Part shown: positions 54,929 to 64,000 of the stretch, piece after piece
Layout: each line of letters opens with the position of its first letter
How positions within the stretch are numbered: the stretch's first letter is position 1
DNA from: an uncultured Alphaproteobacteria bacterium
GTDB taxonomy: Bacteria > Pseudomonadota > Alphaproteobacteria > Rhodobacterales > Rhodobacteraceae
Assembly: GCA_963772935.1 (NCBI GenBank)
Contig: CAVYZK010000001.1
Location: forward strand, 166,001-230,000
DNA length: 64,000 bases
Direction of reading: 5' to 3'
The notes under the pieces: generated by a model
Seen by the model: the letters and a program-made list of their open reading frames with translations, nothing else
What the model was told of the DNA's origin: nothing
Databases searched by the model: none
Made by a program: the position numbers and the translations under genes

Positions 54929-55663
54929 GTGAACGGTTCTCTTGCTGACAGCTATCTTGCTGACCTTGTGGCGCGCATCAGCAGCCTGCGCCGTTCGGTT
55001 GCAGAGCCCCTGGACCGCGCGGCAGAAGCGATGGCCGACTGCATCCGGCGCGACGGGCTGATCTACATCTTCGGGTCTGGCCATTCGCACATGCTGGCCG
55101 AAGAAGCGCATTTTCGGGCCGGTGGTCTGGCGGCGACCGTGCCAATGCTGGCGGCGGCGACCATGCTGCACGAGGCAGCGACCGTTGGCACGCAACTGGA
55201 ACGTCTGCCCGGATTGGCACCCACCTTGCTGGCGCGCTATCCGGTCGGGCCTGCGGATGTGATGATCGTCGTATCCACCTCGGGCGTGAACGCGGCCCCT
55301 GTCGAGGCGGCCCTGTTTGGCAAGGAACGCGGCGCGACCGTGATTGCCATCACGTCAGAAAGCTATTCGCAGGTTGCGGCCAACGGGCGCAAGCGCATCG
55401 CGGATCTGGCGGACATCGTGCTGGACAATGGTGCCCCGCCCGGTGACGCGACGCAGGATGCCGGTGTGGATGGCGTGAAGGTGGGTCCGGTATCAACCGT
55501 CATCGGGGCGGCGTTGCTGAACGCGGCGCTTGCCGAAACATCGCGTCGGCTGACTGAATCGGGCTATCCCGCCCCGATTTACCTGTCGGCCAACATGCCC
55601 GGCGCGGTCGAGCGGAACGCAGAGCTGATCCGGCGCTACCGTCCGCGCAATCCGCATCTTTGA
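54929..55663 (+). CDS. SIS (sugar isomerase) domain protein, UPF0309-like
   Basis: 'IYIFGSGHSHMLAEE' and 'VMIVVSTSGVNAAPVE' SIS motifs. GTG start with GAGGAG upstream. Confidence 0.7.
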   Translation: MNGSLADSYLADLVARISSLRRSVAEPLDRAAEAMADCIRRDGLIYIFGSGHSHMLAEEAHFRAGGLAATVPMLAAATMLHEAATVGTQLERLPGLAPTLLARYPVGPADVMIVVSTSGVNAAPVEAALFGKERGATVIAITSESYSQVAANGRKRIADLADIVLDNGAPPGDATQDAGVDGVKVGPVSTVIGAALLNAALAETSRRLTESGYPAPIYLSANMPGAVERNAELIRRYRPRNPHL

Positions 55664-55732
55664 TCAATCGGGCCACAAGAAGCCCATTTCAGACTTGGAA
55701 ACACCAACCCTACAACAGAGAGGCCTGAACGA

Positions 55733-57013
55733 ATGAAATTCAAGTCAACATCAAGCCTGGCCCTGACCATCTTCCTGCTTGGCAGTGGTTCGGCCCTTGC
55801 ACAAACCGAACTGCTTTTGTGGCACATGGAGCAGCCGCCCCACCGGGTCGAGCGGGTTCAGGAACTGCTGGACGCGTTCAACGCGGCCCATCCCGACATC
55901 GTGGTCAAGCAGGAACCGCAGAACTGGGGCGAAATCTACGCCAAGGCACCTGCCGCCTTGGCCGCAGGAAACGGCCCGGACCTGCTGTTTGCCATTCCGG
56001 ATTTCGCGCCGATCCTGAAGGAAATCGGGGCGGTGCAGGATGTAGGGCCGTTTGTCGGGACATTGGATGGCAAGCACGACCTGCTCGACAGTGCCGTGGC
56101 GTCGTACTCTTACGACAATGGCGTCTGGGCCGTGCCGCTTTACAACATGGCGATGAGCCTGTGGTATCACAAGGACGCCTTTGAGGCGGCAGGAGTTGCC
56201 GTTCCCAAGACGTGGACAGAGTGGAAGGCCGCGACGGAGAAGCTGACTGCAGATGGCAAGTATGGCATCGGCCTGCCTGCGTCCAAGGGGCTGTACACCG
56301 ATCAGGTGGTCTACAACTTCATGGTCAACAACGGCGCGAGCGAAATCTACAACGCCGACGGCAGCTTTGCGTTTGACAGCGCCAAGACGGCAGAATCCTA
56401 CGCGATGGCGGCGGCGTTGCAGAAATTCTCGCCACCCGACAGCGCGGGCTGGTTCTGGGGCGATGCCGAAGCCTGCTTTGCATCGGGCACCTGCGCGTCC
56501 ATCCTGCAATTCACCACCATCACGACCTATGACACCCAAGGCGGCGGCAATGCCGAAAATCTGGGGGTTGCGCCCATTCCCCATGCGGATGGCGAGGCCC
56601 AGCACAACACGATCGCCTATGCCAACGCGGTGATGTTGCTGTCAGACGATCCGGGCAAACGGGCGGCGTTCGAGACGTTTATCTCGTGGCTGTTCGAGCC
56701 TGAAAACTATGGCCGTTTCCTGAACATGGAACCCGGCCTGTTCCTTCCTGTCACGGCCGATGGTGCCAAGGCGGAAAGCTTCTGGAATGATCCGCTGGTG
56801 CAGAAGTACAGACCGCAGATCGAAACCATGGTGGCCAATTCGGCAAACGGGATGCTGTTCGGCTTTACCAATGGCCGCACCTTCCCGTCGATTGCGCCAA
56901 TCTCTGGTCAGAACGTGCTGTCAGAGGTGCTGCAAGCCGTCGTGATCGACGGCACGGACCCGGCGGCGGCGGTAACTGCGGGGCAAGCGCGCATGCAGGA
57001 CATCGCCAAGTGA
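55733..57013 (+). CDS. carbohydrate ABC substrate-binding protein (CUT1, family 1)
   Basis: Signal 'MKFKSTSSLALTIFLLGSGSALA', 426 aa, followed by MalF/MalG-type permeases. Confidence 0.85.
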   Translation: MKFKSTSSLALTIFLLGSGSALAQTELLLWHMEQPPHRVERVQELLDAFNAAHPDIVVKQEPQNWGEIYAKAPAALAAGNGPDLLFAIPDFAPILKEIGAVQDVGPFVGTLDGKHDLLDSAVASYSYDNGVWAVPLYNMAMSLWYHKDAFEAAGVAVPKTWTEWKAATEKLTADGKYGIGLPASKGLYTDQVVYNFMVNNGASEIYNADGSFAFDSAKTAESYAMAAALQKFSPPDSAGWFWGDAEACFASGTCASILQFTTITTYDTQGGGNAENLGVAPIPHADGEAQHNTIAYANAVMLLSDDPGKRAAFETFISWLFEPENYGRFLNMEPGLFLPVTADGAKAESFWNDPLVQKYRPQIETMVANSANGMLFGFTNGRTFPSIAPISGQNVLSEVLQAVVIDGTDPAAAVTAGQARMQDIAK

Positions 57014-57963
57014 CAAAACGGGGCCCTTCCCTGAACCATACGCCTGCTGCCGCCGACCCTGTGGTCGGCGGCGGACCTCTGCACAAGCGCGGGCGGTCAG
57101 AGCGCAATCTGGCGCTGCTTTTCGTGATGCCTGCGCTTGGGCTGCTGACATTGACACTGCTGTGGCCGCTTGTTCTTGCGGTGGACCTGAGCCTGCGCGA
57201 CGTGCGCTACATCGGGACGCAAGGGAACTTCGTGGGCCTGCAGAATTACACCGAGGTGCTGACCGAAGGCCGGTTCTGGCAGTCTGGCCTGCGCAGTCTG
57301 GTCTGGGTGGCGGGCAATGCCGTGGCGCAGACCGCGCTGGCGCTTGCCGCCGCACTGGTGCTGAACCAGAATTTTCCGGGCGTCCGGATCGCGCGGGTCT
57401 GGGTGCTGCTGACCTGGATCGTGCCGACCGTTGTGGTCGTGATCATCTGGCGCTGGTTGCTGTCGAACTCGGGCGGGATGATCAACCCGCTTCTGATGCA
57501 GGCCGGTCTGCTGGACGCGCCGGTCGGGTTCTTTTCATCGCGCGCAAGCGCGATGACGACGCTTATCCTGATCAATTCTTGGCGTTGGTTTCCCTTTGTC
57601 ACGCTGATCATTCTTGCCGCCCTGACCCGCATTCCCGGCGACGTGGACGAAGCCGCCCGGATGGACGGTGCGAACGCGTGGCAGCGGTTCCGGCGCATCA
57701 CCTGGCCGTTGTTGCAGCCGACGCTGTCGGTGCTGCTGGTGGTTGGCACGCTTTTGTCCTTCAACGTCTTTGACGTCATCTGGCTGACCACGGCGGGCGG
57801 GCCGTCCGGTGGGACACAAACCCTGCCGGTGCTGATCTATGAGACGGCCTTCAAGGGCTACGAGCTTTCCCGTGCGGCAGCGATTTCGGTGCTGACGGGC
57901 CTGATCCTGATGGGGTTTGCAATCATGGCAAGCCGGTCGATGACACGCGAGGATGGCGCATGA
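57010..57963 (+). CDS. carbohydrate ABC permease (MalF-type)
   Basis: Polytopic with the EAA loop '[23 protein letters not shown]'. GTGA overlap with the binding-protein stop; the exact start is uncertain. Confidence 0.8.
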   Translation: MTKRGPSLNHTPAAADPVVGGGPLHKRGRSERNLALLFVMPALGLLTLTLLWPLVLAVDLSLRDVRYIGTQGNFVGLQNYTEVLTEGRFWQSGLRSLVWVAGNAVAQTALALAAALVLNQNFPGVRIARVWVLLTWIVPTVVVVIIWRWLLSNSGGMINPLLMQAGLLDAPVGFFSSRASAMTTLILINSWRWFPFVTLIILAALTRIPGDVDEAARMDGANAWQRFRRITWPLLQPTLSVLLVVGTLLSFNVFDVIWLTTAGGPSGGTQTLPVLIYETAFKGYELSRAAAISVLTGLILMGFAIMASRSMTREDGA

Positions 57964-58787
57964 AGCGAAGCCTGCCCATGCGCCTGCTGCTTGCAGGAAC
58001 GATCCTGTTTTTCCTTCTGCTGATCGGCCTGCCCTTCTGGTGGGTGATCAGCGGATCAATCAAGCTGCCGCAAGAGATTATCGCCCGCGACCCCACGCTG
58101 GTGCCGCACAGCTTTACGGTGCAGCATTATGCCAAGCTTCTGGATGCGTCGGCCTATCCGACCTATCTGGTCAACAGCATGATCGTAGGCGTCGCCTCTG
58201 CGATCCTGACGGTGCTGCTTGCGGTGCCTGCGGCCTATGCGTTTTTCCGGATGGAGTTTCCCTTCCGCGAAGGCATGTACCGGGCGATCCTGCTGGCCTA
58301 TGCGTTTCCGGGGGTGATCGTGCTGATCCCGATCTATGGCCTGTTCGCGCAATTCGGTCTGGTGGACAATCTGTTCGCGCTGGTCATCATCAACACGACG
58401 TTTGCGTTGCCATTCTCGATCTGGATGATGCGGTCGTTTCTGGCCACCGTTCCGCGCGATCTGGAGGAAGCGGCCCGCATGGATGGTGCGCCGACCCTTG
58501 TGATCCTGCGGCGTATTCTGGTGCCGCTGATCCTGCCGGGTGTTGCGGCCGTGGGGATATTTGCCTTCATTTCGTCGTGGACCGAATACCTGTTCGCCTC
58601 CGTCCTGATCCTGTCGGATGCCAACAGGACGCTGCCGGTCGGTTTTGCGGGGATCATCGGGCAATATCAGATCGACTGGGGCCTTTTGCTGGCGGGGGCA
58701 AGCCTTGCGATCCTGCCCGTGGTCATCATCTTTTCCTTCATCGGGCGGGCCTTTGTATCGGGGCTGACCGATGGGGCTGTGAAATGA
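57960..58787 (+). CDS. carbohydrate ABC permease (MalG-type)
   Basis: '[22 protein letters not shown]' EAA loop. ATGA overlap with the upstream permease. Confidence 0.85.
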   Translation: MKRSLPMRLLLAGTILFFLLLIGLPFWWVISGSIKLPQEIIARDPTLVPHSFTVQHYAKLLDASAYPTYLVNSMIVGVASAILTVLLAVPAAYAFFRMEFPFREGMYRAILLAYAFPGVIVLIPIYGLFAQFGLVDNLFALVIINTTFALPFSIWMMRSFLATVPRDLEEAARMDGAPTLVILRRILVPLILPGVAAVGIFAFISSWTEYLFASVLILSDANRTLPVGFAGIIGQYQIDWGLLLAGASLAILPVVIIFSFIGRAFVSGLTDGAVK

Positions 58788-58800
58788 AACGGAGCCTGTG

Positions 58801-59874
58801 ATGACAAACCTGACACTGCGCGGTGTGACCAAGCGGTTCGGCACAACCGAGGTGATCCGCGATGTCGATCTGGACATTGCCGCAGGCGAAATGGTGGTTT
58901 TCGTCGGCCCTTCCGGCTGCGGAAAATCCACCCTGTTGCGCATGATTGCCGGGCTGGAGCCTGTCAGCACTGGCCGGATCGAGATTGGTGGCCGCGATGT
59001 CACCGATGCAGAGCCGGTTGAACGCGGGCTGGCGATGGTGTTTCAGTCCTACGCGCTTTACCCGCATATGACGGTGGCGGAAAACATGGGGTTTCCGCTG
59101 GAAATGCAGGGACTGCCCAAAGACCAGATCAGTAGCCGCGTGCAGGCCACCGCGCAGACCCTGCAATTGCAGGACCATCTGACCCGCAAGCCAAAGGCGC
59201 TGTCAGGCGGGCAGCGGCAGCGCGTCGCCATCGGGCGGGCCATTGTGCGAAACCCGGTGGCGTTCCTTTTTGATGAGCCGCTGTCCAACCTCGATGCCGA
59301 ATTGCGCGTGCAGATGCGCCTTGAAATTGCTCGGTTGCACCGTGAACTGAAGGCGACAATGATCTACGTCACCCATGATCAGGTCGAGGCGATGACCCTG
59401 GCCGACCGGATCGTGGTGCTGCGTGGCGGGCGGATCGAGCAGGTTGGCGCGCCGCTGGAACTGTATGACAACCCGGCCAACGCCTTTGTGGCAGGCTTCA
59501 TCGGGTCGCCCCGGATGAACCTGATCCCGGCCACCGCATGGCGGGACGCGGGCAAGGTGCGGGTCAAGCTGCCCGGCGGCGAGATGCTGCTTGCGTCCGC
59601 AGGGACGATGCCAGCCGATGGCGCGGCGGTGCTGCTTGGGCTGCGGCCCGAACATATGGCGGTGACGGGGGGTGTTCCGCTGACGGCCATTTGCGAGACG
59701 ATAGAACGCCTTGGGCCGGTCAGTTATCTGTATGGCCGTCTGGCCGATGGAACCGCGATTACTGCGCAGGTCGACAGCGCCTTGGCGGCGACCGCGTCCG
59801 GGGCGCAGATTGCGCTTGCCCCGGATACCGCGCGTGCCTTTCTGTTCGACGATGCCGGACGGCGCATCGCGTGA
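58801..59874 (+). CDS. carbohydrate ABC ATP-binding protein (UgpC/MalK-type)
   Basis: '[12 protein letters not shown]', '[14 protein letters not shown]', '[11 protein letters not shown]' plus a TOBE-like C-terminus. GGAG lies 6 nt upstream of ATG 58801. Confidence 0.9.
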   Translation: MTNLTLRGVTKRFGTTEVIRDVDLDIAAGEMVVFVGPSGCGKSTLLRMIAGLEPVSTGRIEIGGRDVTDAEPVERGLAMVFQSYALYPHMTVAENMGFPLEMQGLPKDQISSRVQATAQTLQLQDHLTRKPKALSGGQRQRVAIGRAIVRNPVAFLFDEPLSNLDAELRVQMRLEIARLHRELKATMIYVTHDQVEAMTLADRIVVLRGGRIEQVGAPLELYDNPANAFVAGFIGSPRMNLIPATAWRDAGKVRVKLPGGEMLLASAGTMPADGAAVLLGLRPEHMAVTGGVPLTAICETIERLGPVSYLYGRLADGTAITAQVDSALAATASGAQIALAPDTARAFLFDDAGRRIA

Positions 59875-59894
59875 ACCCAAGGATGGAGGCTGCC

Positions 59895-61382
59895 ATGGGC
59901 CTGACACTGGGGCTTGATATCGGGTCATCGGTTGCCAAGGCCGCGCTTTACGATGCCGGCATGACGGAACTGGCGACTGCTGCGCGACCCGTGCTGCAAC
60001 TGCGCGGCGATGACGGGCGTGTCGAATATGACGTCTGTGCCGTGCAGGCCAGCGTTGTGCGCCTGATCGCGGATGTAACCACGCGGGCCGGGGTCACGCC
60101 CGATGCGATAGCCGCAATCGGCATTTCGGCGGCGATGGTCGGGGGCGTGCTGGTGGATGCCGCGAACCGCCCCCTGCGCCCCGGCATCAACTGGGAGGAT
60201 GCGCGCGCGCGCGGCCTGATCGACGGGATCGCCGCGCGTGATCCGGGCGCGCCGTCGCGGATGTTCCGGTCCTCGGGATGCGTCTTGCAGCAGGGATGCA
60301 CCCTGCCGGTTCTGGCGGCGCTGGCCGCAGACGAACCCGAACTGGTGGCGCAGGCCCACGCCTTCATATCGCTGAAGGATCATCTTCGGGCGTGGCTTAC
60401 AGGGCGCATCGGCGCAGACCGGACCGAGGCCGCCGTTGCCCCGGGCAGCGCCGTTCTGCGCGATCGCAGCCCCGAAATGATCACGCTGTTCGGCCTCGAT
60501 GCCCTGACACAGCTTCTTCCACAGGCTGAGGAGTCAGAGGCGTTGGGTGGCCACGTCACCCCCGCCGCCGCCGCGATCACGGGCCTGAAGGCGGGAACGC
60601 CGGTGGCGGTCGGGGCAGGGGATGTGCCGTGTTCGGTGCTTGGCGCAGGGGGATGGAACACCGGCTGTGCGACCATCATCCTTGGCACGACGGCGATGGT
60701 CGGGCAGTCTTTTGAACAGCCGGTGTTTGACCCGCCCGATCTGGGGCTTTTGTTCACGCTGCCCGGCAAGCGCTGGTTTCGTGCGATGGTCAATGTGGCC
60801 GGAACGATGAACCTTGACTGGGCACTGGCGACGCTGGCCCCCGATCTGACGGCGACCCCCGATCCGTTTCAACAGCTTGAACAACGGGCCGCAAAATCCC
60901 CGGTGGGGGCCCGGGGGGTCAGCTTCCTGCCGTATCTGAGTGAAAGCGGCATCATTGCCCCGGTGATCGACCCCGATGCGCGGGGCGGTTTCGCGGGCCT
61001 TGCCGCACGGCATGGGCCCGAGGACATGCTGCGCGCGGTCTACGAAGGGGTTGCGTTTTCGCTGGTTGATCTGCTGGACCTGACCGGCTTCAGCGGCGCG
61101 CGTGTCGCGCTGGTGGGTGGGGGCGCGCGCAGTGGGCTGTGGCCGCAGATGATCGCGGACATTACAGGCAAATCCGTTGACATTCTTGACGGTCGAGAGT
61201 TCGGCGCGCGCGGTGCGGCCCTGCTGGCGCGCGTGGCCGTCGGTGACTTGCCGGATGTTGCTGCGGCGGCTGCGATTTTACCGCCGCTGCGATCCACCGT
61301 CACGCCGGACCATGCCAGCCACGCCGCATATGCCATTGCGCGGCAGGCCTTTCACCGGCATCAGCAAAGAATGCTGTCTTGA
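59895..61382 (+). CDS. FGGY-family carbohydrate kinase
   Basis: 'LGLDIGSSVAKAALYD' and 'VGAGDVPCSVLGAG' motifs. GGAGG lies 5 nt upstream of ATG 59895. The track start at 59538 overlaps the ATPase. Confidence 0.8.
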   Translation: MGLTLGLDIGSSVAKAALYDAGMTELATAARPVLQLRGDDGRVEYDVCAVQASVVRLIADVTTRAGVTPDAIAAIGISAAMVGGVLVDAANRPLRPGINWEDARARGLIDGIAARDPGAPSRMFRSSGCVLQQGCTLPVLAALAADEPELVAQAHAFISLKDHLRAWLTGRIGADRTEAAVAPGSAVLRDRSPEMITLFGLDALTQLLPQAEESEALGGHVTPAAAAITGLKAGTPVAVGAGDVPCSVLGAGGWNTGCATIILGTTAMVGQSFEQPVFDPPDLGLLFTLPGKRWFRAMVNVAGTMNLDWALATLAPDLTATPDPFQQLEQRAAKSPVGARGVSFLPYLSESGIIAPVIDPDARGGFAGLAARHGPEDMLRAVYEGVAFSLVDLLDLTGFSGARVALVGGGARSGLWPQMIADITGKSVDILDGREFGARGAALLARVAVGDLPDVAAAAAILPPLRSTVTPDHASHAAYAIARQAFHRHQQRMLS

Positions 61383-61559
61383 GTGTGGCGTGGATTGCGG
61401 AAGACACGGGGTCGTGAAAGCCCAGCCTTTCGACCCAAACTTGCCGCATCTTTTCGGATGACGGCTGACGGCTTTTCCACCTACGGCGCGCAGTCGTAGA
61501 CCTTATGTTCAGTGGCGCTCTCGGGGCAGGGCACCTTTTACGACACCATCTCGGGCCGC

Positions 61560-61795
61560 AGGCGACCTCTGCGGGCAGGCGCGACGGGTCCGCCCGCTTC
61601 GCCATATGCGAATAATGGGCGGCAGGGGCGATCGCCAGCATCTCGCACATCGGTTCGATCCCATGCGTACCGCAATGGTCATCAATGAATTTGACCATCA
61701 CTTCGACCGGCGGTCGAACTCCGCCATCGCAAAATATGCACTTGCCTCGCGCAGGATCTCGTTTGCCTGTCGGTTCTCGCGTTCACCACCGGGAG
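61560..61795 (-). mobile_element. IS3-family fragment (end of orfA plus first ~45 codons of orfB)
   Basis: 'ERENRQANEILREASAYFAMAEFDRRSK*' is followed by 'MVKFIDDHCGTHGIEPMCEMLAIAPAAHYSHMAKRADPSRL', the typical IS3 orfA/orfB junction. It is truncated on both sides. Confidence 0.65.
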
Positions 61796-62225
61796 CCGCG
61801 AGATGTCATGGCGCTGGAGACAGCGGTGCAGCGACAAGCGCGTCAGCTGCGGGATCGTCGGCTGCAGGGCATAGAGGCAATCGTCCAGCGGCAAGAGCGT
61901 GTGCCGCCGGAACGCTACGATCATCGCCTCCTCGGCATCGGTCATCACCGTGGATCACGGCTCCTTCGGCCCGGTCTTCTGATCCTCAACCGACTCGCGT
62001 TTGCGCCACTTGGCAACAGTCTTGGGGTTGACGCTGAGTTCCTTGCTCAGCGCCGCGAGCCCTCAGCCCCGCCCTCGAACCGATGGCGGGCGGGCCTTCG
62101 ACTTGCGATCGCTGTACTGCTGCTCGGACAGCGTGCGTAGTCGTGGCGCTCCCATGACGAACTTGTCCCATCGTGACTCCCTCCATTCCTGCAAAAGGAT
62201 CGCACCATCAAACCGTGGGATCAAA
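61796..62225 (-). mobile_element. IS481-family transposase remnant (N-terminal ~130 codons; frameshift plus in-frame TGA)
   Basis: 'MGQVRHGSATTTHAVRAAVQRSQ', then a frame change to 'SLAALSKELSVNPKTVAKWRKRESVEDQKTGPKEP*STVMTDAEEAMIVAFRRHTLLPLDDCLYALQPTIPQLTRLSLHRCLQRHDISRLP'. It is cut off by the IS3 fragment. Confidence 0.65.
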
Positions 62226-62228
62226 CAC

Positions 62229-63269
62229 CTAGGCCTGTTCAGCAAGCAGCCCGGAAAGAGCCGCGTTTATCTGCGGCATGTAATCCGGCTCGATGGCGAA
62301 AAGGCCAAGATGTCCAGCATTGCCTTCGATCACGGTCAGGCGGGCGCCGGGGATCAGTGCTGCCTCTGCGATGCAGGTGGCCACCGGGAAAATCTGGTCT
62401 GACGATATCGGCATCAGCAGCACCTTCGAGGTTACCCGCGCATACGCGGCCTTTGCATCGCCACCCGCATTGCCACCCACATCGGCGCGTTGCCATTTGC
62501 CGACCTGTGCCAGCAGGTTGTTGGCATCCATCGGCGCGAAATAGCCGGTCATGAAATCGGTCAGAAAGGCATCCAGCGACGCATGGCCCAAGGGTTCCCA
62601 CCCCTTGCGGTCCAGAAAATCAGGGCACCAGGCAAGGTTGGTCCAGTAAAGCGCGTGCTGGCGCAGTGGCACCGCCATGTCTGCAGCGGCATAGGCCCCG
62701 CCGTTGAAGCCTGGGGCAGACGTCAGGATGTCCTGCACGATCTTGCCGATGACCACGGCATGGGGGCGTGTGGTGCCAACCCCCGCCAAGGCCGCCACGC
62801 GCTGCGCAAAACCGGGGTAACGGCAGGCCCATTCCAGCGCCTGCCCCGCCCCCATCGACCCGCCGAACACCAGCGCCAGATGATCGAGACCAAACGCCTC
62901 GGTCACCAGTCGGTGCTGTGCGTTGACGTCATCGCCCATTGACACTGCGGGAAAAGCCGCCCCCCCTTGCGCCGCAGAATTAGAAGGCGATGTGGACAGG
63001 CCTGATCCCAACTGATTGGCCAGAATGATGAAATACTTCGACGGGTCCAGCGCATGGCCCGCGCCTATGTAAATCTGCTCCATGATCTTGGTGGTGCCCG
63101 TGTACCAGGTGGTGACCAGCACTGCATTGTCCTTGGCCGCGTTCAGCGTGCCCATGGTGGCGTAGGCAATCTGCGCGTCCTTCAGGACCTGCCCCGAGGT
63201 CAGGGTGAAATCGCCAAGGCTGTGCAGTTGAAACGGACCGTGGTTCTCCTGTGAATAGTAATCACTCAT
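62229..63269 (-). CDS. alpha/beta-fold hydrolase, homoserine O-acetyltransferase (MetX)-like family (paralog of 220-1269)
   Basis: 'IAYATMGTLNAAKDNAVLVTTWYTG' and 'GGSMGAGQALEW'. ATG 63269 has AAGGAG at better spacing than ATG 63278. Confidence 0.7.
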   Translation of the reverse strand: MSDYYSQENHGPFQLHSLGDFTLTSGQVLKDAQIAYATMGTLNAAKDNAVLVTTWYTGTTKIMEQIYIGAGHALDPSKYFIILANQLGSGLSTSPSNSAAQGGAAFPAVSMGDDVNAQHRLVTEAFGLDHLALVFGGSMGAGQALEWACRYPGFAQRVAALAGVGTTRPHAVVIGKIVQDILTSAPGFNGGAYAAADMAVPLRQHALYWTNLAWCPDFLDRKGWEPLGHASLDAFLTDFMTGYFAPMDANNLLAQVGKWQRADVGGNAGGDAKAAYARVTSKVLLMPISSDQIFPVATCIAEAALIPGARLTVIEGNAGHLGLFAIEPDYMPQINAALSGLLAEQA

Positions 63270-63298
63270 TGTCGCCATCTCCTTGGGTTGCGAATGTC

Positions 63299-64000
63299 TC
63301 AGGCCACAAGGCGGCCCTGATGGTAAAGCCGCAAGCAGTCTTGCGGCACGTCAAAACGCACGGTTGCCCCGACCGTTTCGGACCCTGCCGCGGCACGGAT
63401 GCGCAACGACGCATCGCCGACGGACAAGGCCAGCACCTGATCGGCACCTTCAAACCACATGCGCGTCACGGTGCCTGCCAAGGGGCCACCCGCAACCGCA
63501 TGCTCCGGACGAAAGGCCAGTGTCAGATCTGTGGCGGGCAGGTCTGCGGGGGCTGTGCGTGACAGGCCGGCGCCGGGCACAAGCACCCTCCCCCCTTCGC
63601 GCACGGCGGGCAAAAAGTTCATCGCCGGGCTGCCGATGAAGGTGCCCACATGGGTGGTGGCGGGGCGTTCGAACAACTCTTGCGGGGTGCCCGCCTGTAT
63701 CACCTCGCCGTGGTTCATCACCACCACGGTATCGGCAAAGGTCAGCGCCTCGTTCTGGTCATGGGTGACCAGCACCATCGTCAGGCGAAACTCGCGGTTG
63801 ATGTCTTTCAGGATCTTGCGCAACTCGAACTTCATCTGCGGGTCGATCACCGTCAGCGGTTCATCCAGCAGAACGGCAGATACATCTTCGCGCACGAGGC
63901 CCCGGCCAAGCGAGATCAGTTGTTTCTGATCCGCCGTAAGCGCCACGGCGCGGGTCTTCAGATGCCGCGTCAGGCCAAGGCGTTCGGCAATCGCCTCGAC
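63299..64000 (-). CDS. carbohydrate ABC ATP-binding protein (MalK/UgpC-type), 5' end beyond the window
   Basis: 'LLDEPLTVIDPQMKFELR', 'VTHDQNEALTFAD' and a TOBE-like C-terminus. The ORF stays open to the window edge. Confidence 0.8.
   Translation of the reverse strand, partial: VEAIAERLGLTRHLKTRAVALTADQKQLISLGRGLVREDVSAVLLDEPLTVIDPQMKFELRKILKDINREFRLTMVLVTHDQNEALTFADTVVVMNHGEVIQAGTPQELFERPATTHVGTFIGSPAMNFLPAVREGGRVLVPGAGLSRTAPADLPATDLTLAFRPEHAVAGGPLAGTVTRMWFEGADQVLALSVGDASLRIRAAAGSETVGATVRFDVPQDCLRLYHQGRLVA

Noticed and set aside
1-64000. Search by eye for CRISPR arrays, tRNA/rRNA genes, prophage, toxin-antitoxin or known defence-system genes, and for retinal or carotenoid biosynthesis genes.
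   Set aside because: None was found. There are no spaced direct-repeat arrays, no tRNA-like cloverleaf segments in the few intergenic regions, and no nuclease, helicase, methylase or integrase-like ORFs apart from the IS debris at 61.4-62.2 kb.

Overview
High-GC, Rhodobacteraceae-like alphaproteobacterial DNA. That attribution is a judgement from gene content, GC-rich third codon positions and frequent ATGA/GTGA-coupled operons. All calls come from reading the sequence and recalling motifs; no database search was run. The window is almost wall-to-wall catabolic and transport operons. I saw no rRNA, tRNA or CRISPR.

Gene content, left to right:
(1) A MetX-like hydrolase plus a NitT/TauT ABC importer (0.2-4.2 kb).
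(2) An organosulfonate-utilisation operon on the minus strand: FMN reductase, TauD-family dioxygenase, LLM monooxygenase and an SsuABC-like importer (4.5-10.1 kb).
(3) An ~850-bp gap with no convincing gene.
(4) A serine-cycle/glyoxylate module (sga, mcl, mtkA, mtkB) with a divergent XRE/ImmA-type regulator (10.9-16.8 kb).
(5) A tandem SnoaL-like protein.
(6) A glycerol module: DeoR regulator, a two-protein FAD oxidoreductase and an FGGY kinase (17.9-22.7 kb).
(7) An unsaturated-uronate/KDG module: cupin, kduD, kduI, a sugar ABC importer, an aldehyde dehydrogenase, GntR and kdgK (22.9-31.1 kb).
(8) gabD plus an itaconate-degradation-like set: CitE/HpcH lyase, family III CoA-transferase, LysR, MaoC hydratase, MmgE/PrpD and acyl-CoA dehydrogenase (31.2-39.0 kb).
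(9) A tight 12-gene minus-strand array (40.1-53.0 kb): a sugar-type ABC importer with embedded PEBP, SCP2-like and alpha/beta-hydrolase genes, followed by a proteorhodopsin-fold protein, a YqiK-type flotillin, a small membrane protein, a large SSF-like transporter and a LysR gene.
(10) A HutC-GntR / SIS / CUT1 ABC / FGGY-kinase locus (53.8-61.4 kb).
(11) Decayed IS3 and IS481 fragments (61.4-62.2 kb).
(12) A second MetX-like paralog and a truncated MalK-like ATPase at the right edge.

Most notable observations:
- The opsin homologue has Leu at the retinal Schiff-base lysine position and has also lost the proton acceptor and donor residues.
- It sits where an NfeD/YqiJ partner normally precedes a flotillin gene.
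- Eight independent single-nucleotide frameshifts occur, all confined to 24.8-50.7 kb.
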